DNA of 63,798 nucleotides, filler included, from Folioceros fuciformis (Eukaryota), in assembly GCA_049999805.1 (NCBI GenBank). It is 4 parts of 4 records of this genome, joined end to end, with 100 filler letters (N's around TTAATTAATTAA, not from the genome) between each part and the next. Parts side by side here need not be neighbours in the genome. Positions count along the whole stretch, not along the records: positions 37,621 to 59,792 come from JBNGIO010003076.1; positions 59,893 to 63,798 come from JBNGIO010003081.1; 2 more parts are not named here. One strand, written 5' to 3'. The translations under genes and the position numbers were made by a program. The notes under the pieces were generated by a model. That model made no database searches. It had not been told where the DNA came from and worked only from the letters and a program-made list of their open reading frames with translations. The stretch's first letter is position 1. Each line of letters opens with the position of its first letter. Below, one piece after another: positions 51,531-63,798 of the stretch.

Positions 51531-52809
51531 GATACGGTAGCCTTTACCGCCTTGCTAACCAACTGTACATATAGCCCCAGTTCACTGGATGGAGTATTTG
51601 AAGATAAGTCTCTGCTGGAGCGTTCCGACAACGGGATGCTCTTGAGCCTCATGGTACTCATCTCCCTTTGTCTGTGACATCCGGGGAGCCGTGCATAGCA
51701 TGGGGCATTACTTGAACAAGAAGTCAATTTGTTGGAGAGGGGTCGGGTATGTGACATCCGACTCCTTTAAGCGACAAGATCAGGCCGCATCCAACAGGTG
51801 CAACTTGGAGGAACAATCTCTGCGAACTTGTGACACCGCGCGTGCCCTTGTTTGCAAAGTCTTTCTTCCTTTGTAACTCTTTGTGATGTCGGTGAATCGC
51901 TGGATTCTAGTGAAATTATCTAGTGGATTCCTTAGCGTGTGAAAGGGGTCTCCAATGTATTTGCTATGGCGTCTGCGGACACTGTAAGCTACAAATAACC
52001 ATCTAGACAAAGTGGCTTAGCACTTTGGAGAGTCTATAATTCCTAGCGTATCCTCCTTTGCCATTGCGTTCAGAAACAGCCGCGTGGCAGGCCTTCCAGC
52101 CCTTCTCTCTCCCCTTCAACTTACTCTCTCTCATTTCCTGCATCCAAGCAGGATCCTATTTCGGAGCTTGTGCCTGCTTCCAACTTGAGCTGGGTTGAGG
52201 CTGTTGAGGCACCAAAAATTGAGTCACGTGCTTGACAATTCGTAGTCGTGTTGCCGAGTCTGCTGCTCGCGTCCATGCTGCGATAAGATTGTTGGTTGGT
52301 GTAAATTTGTTGAAGAGCCCAGCCCTCAGTTCTGCTAAGATCTGCCTCTTGCCTGCAGCGCCGAAGCCCAAAGACAAGCCCGCAGGCGGACAGGTAGAGC
52401 GTGCTCAGTCGAAGCTGAAGGAAACTCTTTGGCAGAATTGTGGGGGCGACAAGAAACACAAGTTTCCAGCCGCTGGGCGTGTGGAGTATGTGCTGGTTGT
52501 GTATCCTGGTGGAGGCACTGTTCTAGGTTATTTTGAGCAACCGAGGAATCCAACCATTTGAAGGTCCGGTCTCCCGGCCCATGTATTAATATTTCGGTGA
52601 ACTTGGAAGAGGAAGGAAGGATGACGCACCCACGCCTGCCTGCTTACATTGTTGTATGCTGTCACATGTAGATGAACCTGTTGGGGCGGATCAAGTCTCA
52701 CTGCTGGGTGGGCAGCGAGAACAATCCATGCGCTGCGCTTGTGCACAGACGCGTGGTCGCCGGCAAGACCCTGTGTTCCACCCAGGCATTCGAGAATCAT
52801 AGAAAGAGC

Positions 52810-53987
52810 ATGGTGCCTGTGCAGCAGCTGTATGAAGTTTGCAAGGCCACATTCCCTCTTTCCACCGCCCCCTCCTCCTCTCTGCCCTCGTTGCAGCAAG
52901 TACGACGGGTTCTAGGTGAGGTAGCGTCTTCCTTTCCCCTTCTGCTCGTCTGTGGCGAGTCAGTTGATTGTGGTGGGAATGCTGACGCTGCGTCGGGGTG
53001 TTCTTCTGCAGAGGGTGTAACTCCCACGGATGTTGGCCTGGACGCAGAGAATGCCGGGGAACAGGATCGTGGGTTCGGTTTCTTTGGGCTCAACGGTCGA
53101 CGGGCCCGGCACTCGGCGGCATCTCCTCGATGGGCACCTCCCATCTCGTACCTTCATCTGTATGAAAACGAGGACTTCTCGGTAAGCTTTTCGTCCAGCC
53201 TGACGTCGCCATGCCATCCTGAGGCAGGGGAGTGAGTAACCTGGGGATGGATGATGGCTGTGCAGATGGGCATCTTCTGCCTACCCACATCAGCAGTTAT
53301 CCCTCTGCACAATCATCCGGGGATGACTGTGCTGAGCAAACTTCTGTACGGCTCCCTGCACATTCGTGCGTATGACTGGGCAAACCTCGATGACGAGAAG
53401 CTCAATGCCGACTCATCACAACGTAAGCTCTGCTGTTTCCAGTCCCGGGCCTGAGCAAAACCCATCACTGCTGCCTGCTGGCTGCTTTATATCCTGAGCT
53501 GCCTCTCTCTTGATCATGGTGCAGGAAGATTAGCAAACCTGGCCGTGGACAAGGTGCTGTCGGCCCCTTGCGACGTCGCGGTACTGTTCCCCAACAGCGG
53601 CAACATTCATGCCTTCACAGCCATCACTCCCTGTGCTGTCCTAGACGTTCTAGCGCCTCCCTATTCCATAGAAAAAGGACGGCATTGCACATACTACAGG
53701 GAAACTCCAAACACACCCGGAACTCGGTCTGGTAAGCCTTCCATCGTGCTCTGCCTCTGCCCTCCACCCCCACCACCACAACACCGAACTCTCTCGAAAC
53801 TCATCCGTCGTATGATTGGGCAGCCTTCTCAGGAAGAAGAGGAGCAGGGTCTCCGTCTCGAGGGCTAGATGAAGGGGATATTGACATGGACACGACCCGC
53901 GCATGGCTACGAGAGTACCAACCTCCGGACGACTTCGTGGTCCAAAGAGGCACTTACAGGGGGCCCAGAGTGGTACCTCATCCGTGA
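52810..53987 (+). CDS. PCO: Plant cysteine oxidase / ADO-type thiol dioxygenase, multi-exon
   Basis: [86 protein letters not shown]...GRHCTYY; last exon [28 protein letters not shown]. Confidence 0.95.
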
Positions 53988-54152
53988 CTCGCACCTGAGT
54001 CTCGGTCACATGATTGATACCAAGGAGTAGACGTGACTCGCACCACAGTCTTAGCTGGGTCAGAGTCGCTCACATGGTAACAAGAAGTAGACATGACTCC
54101 CACCACAGCCTCGGCTTGGTCAGAGTCACTCACATGGTTCCGAGGAGTAGAT
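53984..54152. repeat. Three diverged tandem units (49, 60, 60 bp) starting at the PCO stop codon
   Basis: Units at 53984, 54033 and 54093: RTGACTCSCACC...GAGTC...TCACATG...AGTAGAY. Confidence 0.8.
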
Positions 54153-55388
54153 CATGTAGAGCAGGACGGCAGCAATGACGAGGCTCCGGTGATTAGGGTA
54201 GGGATTTCCCTCCTCCCTCTCAAAGCATTCATACATCCTGCCAAGCTAGTGCGTGCCGTCAATCCCTGTCGATGTCGATCGTGTAGAAGTCGGTAGGCAG
54301 GAAAAAGGAAAGGGCTGCCGGGAGCGTGCTGAGGCGGAAGACAGTGGACAAACGGTCACAGGAGGGCGGGAGGACGTGGCCCCGCCCAGCGCCACTTCAT
54401 TCCAAGTTCAAATGGTGGCTTGCGAGGCTCGGCAAAGTACTCCCTCCCCAAACAGCAGCATTCGCGAATGGCCCACAAAGCTAAAGTTGCACTTGTCACT
54501 GGCTCGGGAGTGCGAGCTGCTTGCTGATTCGAGCTCCAAGTGAATTCTCGCGATTTTAGCGCAACACCATCTCGATCCCGCTCCTTCCCATCTCACCGGG
54601 ACCAGCGGACCCATCAACTGTCCATCCGCCAGGGCCCCACATATCTGCTCTGCAAGGCGCGGGACTGGGCTCGGTAATATAATCTTTCCTTGCCCGCCAC
54701 GCCCAAAATGCTATTGCTTTCCTCGGGCCTGAGCCTGGCGTTTGTGTAGCATTCCAGCCCAGGGCTGCCGAGTCTTACATCCATATGTTGTCTTGCATGG
54801 GCTACACAGCAGGAGCGTGAGCCTGAGCCTGAGCAGGTTGGAGCCGCTTGATTCACCGGTCTTGGCTTGCATCCGCCACTGTGCGGTGGGTTTGGTGAGT
54901 GGCTTGGTGCGCTACTTCCTTGCTCCGAGCCGGGCAATGTCTGGGCCTCCTCCTGTGTGACGTGAGTCGAGGCACTGCTCAGGATGCCTGGAGCTACGCC
55001 GCGTTAGGGCTGCCTGCCCTTCTCTCCTCCGCTCTGCTGCGTCTCTGCTTGCGGATTCCCGGCCTGCAGCTGTTCAATTCCGAGCCCACGTGTGAAGGGG
55101 TGTTGAATCTGGTGGGACTGGGCGGAATGGGTGGCATGGAATTTTGAATTGGGTCGTGTGGTGGTCGTGTGCTCCTGGTGGGATCTCAATTTTGCCGCAG
55201 CTAGCTGGTTGCGCTCCCCGAGGGTTCAAGCTGCCGTATGCTGAGGGTCCTGTCCGTGGGCTTCCCTTTGCAGGGATTGAGTGTGGAAGTAGCGTAGCAG
55301 GAGGAGGAGTAGGAGCAGGGGACCGTGTGGCAGCCGGTGCCTCGTGCAGGTTGAATCTTGGGGTGGTGTGTGGCAAGTTCCTACCGCC

Positions 55389-58300
55389 ATGGCGAGCGTT
55401 CCTGTAGTGTCGACTCCTCCACCCACGGCGCCGGGGTCCCCAGCGGCAGTACCTCCTCCTTCACCCAGCCCTGCCTCCACCACATTCTTGGGCCAGTCCG
55501 TCATTCCCCTCGTCAACAAGCTCCAAGATATATTTGCCCAGCTAGGGAGTGCGTCTACCATCGACCTCCCCCAAGTTGCTGTGGTTGGAAGCCAGAGTTG
55601 TGGCAAGTCGAGCGTGCTGGAGGCACTGGTTGGGCGGGATTTTCTTCCTAGGGGTCAGGATATTTGCACCCGTCGGCCTCTCGTGCTGCAGCTTGTTCAG
55701 ACCGTCCGAAGGTCTGAGGACCGTGGCGAGGTGGTGGAATGGGGAGAATTCTTGCATATTCCCGGCAGGAGGTTTACTGACTTCAGCCTGATCCGCAAGG
55801 AAATTCAGGTGCGTTGTGTATTGTGTGGTCGTACTCCTGTCGCCATAATTATGGTCCTCTTCCCTTTTCTACGTGACGGACGCACCTCTCACGCTTTGTT
55901 GTTCGCTTCTATAGGCTGAGACAGAGCGGGAGCTTGGGTCAAATAAGGGGATTTCAGAGAAACAGATCCGTCTCAAGATATTTTCGCCCAGTGTTTTGAA
56001 TATCACCCTAGTTGACTTGCCAGGGATAACTAAGGTTCCTGTCGGGGATCAGCCCAATGATATTGAAGCTCGAGTAAGGACCATGATTCTCAATTACATC
56101 AAGCACGAGACATGTATTATCCTTGCAGTCTCGCCTGCAAATGCTGACCTTGCTAACTCGGATGCACTTCAAATGGCAAGAATGGCTGATCCTGACGGTA
56201 TTTTTCCGAGCTTATTGCCCTTCCCAGTTCTAGTTGCTCTTGGTCTTCATCCACTCTTGCACCTGGAATGTATGTAGATTTGGATTGATTCCGTATTGAC
56301 AACGTTGCCTTCTTACCTGTTTATCTGCTTCTGACAGGATCACGTACTATTGGTGTCATTACTAAGGTATCTCCCAATCCGTGTGTCACTTCCTCCTCCC
56401 TGGTCCCTGGCCGTACTTTCTTTGGATGGTGTGTACCAAGTCCTCCATGGTTCTGATCAGTTTTCGGTTTCCGCTGGGCAGTTAGATATTATGGATAGGG
56501 GAACAGACGCTCGCAACTTCCTATTAGGGAATGTTGTCCCTCTCAAGCTTGGGTACGTTGGCGTTGTTAACCGCAGTCAGGAAGTAAGTGTGGACCTGGA
56601 GACCCTTCTTACTTGTTCCAATTGCAGTCGATTATTATGTGTAAGCATTTCCCAACTATTCTTATGAGTTTGAAATCGCTCTCAGGACATTACAGCCAAC
56701 AAAAGCATCAGGGACGCTCTCAATTATGAAGAAACCTTCTTTCGAACACGTCCAGTGCGTCTTCGATGGCACATGTTTAGTTGGGTGCTGAGGATTTTAA
56801 TAGCTGTCTAGGGCCTCGTTTAAGTGTCTTCAACAAGGATGGTTGATTGTTTCAGGTGTATCACAACTTGTCAGACAGATGTGGGATTCCTCAATTGGCA
56901 AAGAAGTTGAACACGGTTGGTGCTAGACTTTCCCAACTCAGTTTTGGTGTCTTGTGCTTAGCATTTTTTTTTCCTTATGTCCCTGAAGACCATCATATGT
57001 CTGAGGCTGCCTCTTCCTCTTCCCTGCCTCCCAGATTTTGGTACAGCACATTCGTGCAATCTTACCAGACTTAAAGGCCCGAATAAGCACACAGATGGTC
57101 ACTCTGCAAAAAGAACTTGCCAGCTATGGGGAGCTAACGGAATCTAAGGTACGAAATCATCTTTTGCTCTAAAACAGTGTTAGGTTCTCCTAGGTGTTGG
57201 GGATTTATGGCTTCTCCTCTTTGCATCTTTGCAGTCAGGGCAAGGAGCACTATTGTTAAACATTCTCACAAAGTACTCTCAAGGTAGTTCTGGTCACCTG
57301 TTTACATCATGCTGCCTTGGCTGCTTGTCACCGTGATCATGCTGAAGCGTGTCTTTCAGGGTTTGCATCAATCGTCGATGGCAAGAACGAGGAGATGTCA
57401 ACATCAGAATTGTCGGGGGGTGCCCGTATTCACTACATATTCCAAGCTATTTTTGTTAAAAGTCTCGAGGTAATCCTCATGTAGCAGCAATTTGAGAGAC
57501 TCTTTCCTGTGGTGACGCGTGTCAGCACTCTGCATTTGCCGTTCCTCTGGGTGGCTGCCTGACATTTCTTGTTTAAGCAGGAGGTGGATCCTTGTGATGA
57601 TTTGACTGATGAGGACATACGAACAGCAATTCAAAATGCAACTGGCCCAAAAAATGTCCTTTTTGTCCCAGAGGTCAGAGTGGGTAGCATATGTGAAGTG
57701 CAGTCATCCTAAGGAAGTTTCTGAGATCTTTAAGGCTATTCACACCAGTTGCTTCTTTCTGTGTGACGCAGGTTCCATTTGAAGTGTTGGTGCGTAGGCA
57801 GATTGCTCGCTTGCTAGAGCCAAGCCTACAGTGTGCACGTTTCATTTATGATGAGCTTGTGAAGGTATGTCCTAACATAGCTATCCGCATTTCAGTGCTC
57901 CTGCATCATATTTCATCTCTGGTGTCTTAGTGTTTTGTATTGGAAGTCCCTCTGTAGATTTCACACCGCTCTGAGACCTACGAATTACAAAGGTTTCCTG
58001 TGTTGCGCCGGCGCATTGAAGAAGTGGTTGCCAACTTTTTACGAGAAGGCCTGGCTCCTGCGGAGACCATGATAGGGCATCTGATTGAGATGGAGGTAAA
58101 TGATCAAGGCTGATAAGAATGGAATGGTCGAATTGGATTTTTGATGTGCGGTTAAAGATTGAGCAGCTTTTCAGTGACACAAGGTATCGTTGACTTGGTT
58201 TACAGATGGATTACATCAACACGTCACATCCTGGATTTGTTGGAGGTAGTAAAGCTGTGGAGGTTGCGCTGCAGCAACAACGTGGTGCTAAGGTCTCACC

Positions 58301-59792
58301 TCCTAACATAAAATCTAAGGTTGGCACCCCCCCTCGGCAATTCAGACCTGCAATTGGGGGGTGTGCTTTTAGATTGTTGTCATATTTGCAGGGCTCTGCA
58401 AGTAGTAGCCACTGTAGTGTGGGCGTGATTGTTTTGCCACGTGGTTTTATTCTTGCCCTCCCTTTTTACAATGGCATGTTCGATTGACATGGGAGGGCTG
58501 GAAAGAACGTGCACACATTCTATATCTTGTGGATCATCCGTGTTGTGGCTCTTGCAGGACGCTGCTGATTGGAAGGAGTCGGGAGCTGATAGACTAACGG
58601 TTCCAGAAAAGACTACCAAGGCACGAGCAATTTTGGCAAGGACTAATGTGTCAGGAGTTGTTGCTGAGCATGTATGTCTTTTAAGGATCTAGAAGCTAAG
58701 GCAGACTAAAGGCAGCCTGAGACATTTAGTTCAAGAACTGCTATTGCTTCATTCTCAGTTGTTGAGTTACGATTGGGGTAGGTTGGACATTTGTGTGCAG
58801 CATCGTACTGTTTCTAACTCCCATCTTCATTTATTTCGCAGACTGCAAGGCCAGGTCCAAGTCAAGCAGAGAAAGAGAAGCCTAGTGTGTCAGGTGAGGA
58901 CATGGATTTCCTGGTGTCCTTAACATGTTTCATCCATGTTAGTTATGATACACCCCTGAACGCTCCTGGATTGGGCTCCTTGTCCTGGTAAGCCCTAAAT
59001 TCGTGTAGATGTGAAAATAGTCATCCAACAGCCTCCTGTTTACTGGTTTCACTATACAGGAAATTCATCTTGGGGTATATCGTCAATTTTTGGAGGCAAT
59101 GAATTGAGGGCAACCAATGGCAAAGAACAGGTTGTCAGTAGGGGATTCCCGGATCCGATTCAAGGGATGGATGCAAGTTTTGCAAGCATCTGCTTGAGAG
59201 AGGTCAGTTGTGTTTCTGCATGCATTTCTTCAATACCAGGTTAACTCCCTTGTTCTCAGTCATCAGTCCTGGCCCTTGTTGTGAGACCTGATTCTTATGC
59301 ACTTGATTGTCCCCAGCCACCATCTGTGTTGAGAGCAACTGATGCGCAAACAGAGCAGGAGACGGTGGAGATTGCTGTGACCCGATTGTTATTAAAGTCA
59401 TATTATGACATTGTTAGGAAGAACATTCAAGACTCCGTACCGAAGGCTATCATGCATTTTCTGGTATGAGCATGCTTTGACCTTTCTTCCACCGTTCTTG
59501 GCCTGTCCCTTCTGTGCTTTAGGTGGATAGTTCTTGAGAGCCTTGACTGACGCCTCAATTTGACTGATTTCCACCTCAGGTCAACCACGTAAAGCGTGAA
59601 CTGCACAGTGTCTTCATCAGAAAGCTTTACAGGTGCAGTCCTCTACCTCATCTGGCATTCTCAGGCCCTGGTTCGTGGTTCACGAGTCATCCCGGGGTCC
59701 AACTGAAGGGAGTGAGTGCAAATTGTTTCTGTAGGGAAAATCTGTTCGAGGAAATGTTGCAAGAAAAGGAGGAGATTGCAGTGAAGAGAAAG
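55389..59792 (+). CDS. DRP3: Dynamin-related protein 3 (mitochondrial/peroxisomal fission, Dnm1/Drp1 class), 3' end truncated by the gap
   Basis: [22 protein letters not shown]1 [10 protein letters not shown]2 DICTRRPL, G3 DLPG, G4 [24 protein letters not shown] region [41 protein letters not shown]. Confidence 0.96.
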
Positions 59793-59892
59793 NNNNNNNN
59801 NNNNNNNNNNNNNNNNNNNNNNNNNNNNNNNNNNNNTTAATTAATTAANNNNNNNNNNNNNNNNNNNNNNNNNNNNNNNNNNNNNNNNNNNN
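59793..59892. other. Artificial contig-joining linker
   Basis: N-run with central TTAATTAATTAA; DRP3 is cut mid-exon. Confidence 0.98.
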
Positions 59893-60081
59893 CCGATGAA
59901 GTAAGCCGGTTTTACGGAAGCAGTCGTCTCCGTGCATTGTTTGAAATGCGTCAGTGCGCTTTACGATACGTTTACTCCAGGTGGAAGCTCGAGTAGACCA
60001 GTGAAGATTCCGTGAACGGATTCCGGACAGCCTGGTGGACGGAGAGAATCTGCGCAATCCCGGTTGTCTGTAAGCCTTCTC

Positions 60082-62506
<2,425 letters not shown>

Positions 62507-63252
62507 GTTTGTGGTCAACAGGGATAACAGTGGGCTGATGTTATTCCTTAATACTGGCGTATGCGTTCCTCTGAAGTGAATCAGATTTAACGTGAGGAGG
62601 AAGAAGTGGCGAATGAAATGAAGTTCGTAGTTTGAGCAGATCGTAGGGATGTATTCTGTTGGTTTTCTGGGATGTGTGGAGGAGACTGAGGTTTTCTAGT
62701 TGCTTTGGAGGTGTTTGCCTAGGGCCAGGAGGTCGGGAGGGTCTACGAGGACATTTTAGTTTGTGTGCTTTGGCTGGTGAAATATCTGTAATGCCAGTTT
62801 ATCCAGAGAAGCGAAGTGATTGTCCGGTGTGCTCGTCTCCTTTCAGTGAGCTAGCGGTTTGGTTAAATTAGTGATGTGGGTTATTGTGTATAGCTGTTTT
62901 GCCAATTGTACTATAGGAATCAAGCCTTATCATAAACGTCGATTAAGCTGCTGGGCGAGGTAGTTTTGCTCGCTCTCAAGATATCTGTAGGCAGTGGCAC
63001 TTAATAGTGGCACATGCATAAATATGTTTGCTCCTGGACAGGCCTTGTGAGGCCCTCGGGTCATGGGTAGGATCAGGAGGGTGTTTGTTTCCATCCTCTA
63101 TTTTGTGCAGCTTGCTAAAGTCTTCATGACTCTGACGTCATCAAAATAATCTCGGTTTTATTGTCGGCATGCGCATTCCAGATCGGTCATTTCGAGTCAG
63201 GTTTCTGTTCTGGAAGCTACGGGCGGCAAGCTAGCTTGTTGGAAACTAACTG

Positions 63253-63680
63253 TTAGGTGCTATGCTTGCAGTACTCTAGTATCTGTTGGCAAGCTCCTTC
63301 TGCCGGGGTTTGGCAACTTGCCGAGAGGCACAGATCGTAACTATCTCTCATAACAGGATCGTCCGCTGCTTTGTCACCTTCCAACAGCACCATGAACGGA
63401 GACATGATCCTGATCGGAGACTCTGCCTCAGACTTTTCTCTTTGTGATGCCCAAGAGTCATCATGGCGGTTGCCGTCGGTGTCTGCCGTCCAAGTTCCGA
63501 AGCCATATAACCCTGTGATTGCGCACCTCATCTCTCCTGCAACCTGCAACAAGCAGGCAGCACGAAGTTGTTTCTGCACACAAAGGCCAACGAAACAGCG
63601 TCACCGTGCAGACTTGCATTTCCAGTTGTGATGGACATTACTGTACGCATGGAATGACTGGTCGCCTTAACTTCCTGAAG
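63253..63680 (-). CDS. Last two exons of an unidentified protein-coding gene continuing beyond the window
   Basis: GT-AG-bounded exons splice in frame to EVKATSHSMRTVMSITTGNASLH|GEMRCAITGLYGFGTWTADTDG...QILEYCKHST*, convergent with GSK3. Family not recognised. Confidence 0.5.
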
Positions 63681-63798
63681 AGTTTAAGATAAAAAGACAA
63701 CACTGTTTCAATGAATTCAATAATGAAAAATTGGCGATATCGCCAAGCTCTCGTCCCACTTCGCACTAATTCAGCACGTTTACAGCCCTAGTCAGAGA

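Noticed and set aside
52121-52561. ORFs of 73-112 aa between Rab3GAP1 and PCO
   Set aside because: No recognisable homology and mutually overlapping frames.
55587-55613. DRP3 P-loop GSQSCGKSS (Cys instead of Ser) as a sign of inactivation
   Set aside because: The GxxxxGKS consensus is intact and G2-G4 are normal; the change is at a variable position.

Overview
Eukaryotic nuclear DNA from a compact, intron-rich green plant genome. Most introns are about 70-120 bp GT-AG. Plant-type genes plus a SPEF2/CPC1-like axonemal gene suggest a plant with flagellated cells, such as a hornwort, another bryophyte or a lycophyte (inference). The window is four contigs joined by identical 100-bp N/TTAATTAATTAA/N linkers at 9763-9862, 37521-37620 and 59793-59892. 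Contig 1 is a transposon graveyard: a decayed Ty1/copia element, a second LTR with PBS, a decayed minus-strand element (possibly Penelope-like), and four copies of an unrecognised three-way-junction motif with covarying helices. Contig 2 holds an F-box/LRR gene, WDR75/UTP17, a 40-aa Cys-rich CYSTM-like ORF absent from the ORF track, an APCB1-like aspartic protease, an organellar SSB, an aberrant His-rich serpin and SPEF2/CPC1. Contig 3 holds the CDC48 3' end, a decayed region with an old inverted duplication, THG1, an epoxide hydrolase, Rab3GAP1 with an inserted BSD domain, a plant cysteine oxidase and DRP3. Contig 4 holds a GSK3/shaggy kinase and the 3' end of an unidentified gene. Gene spans include introns. 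Exon boundaries were read by eye and family assignments come from remembered motifs, not database searches.
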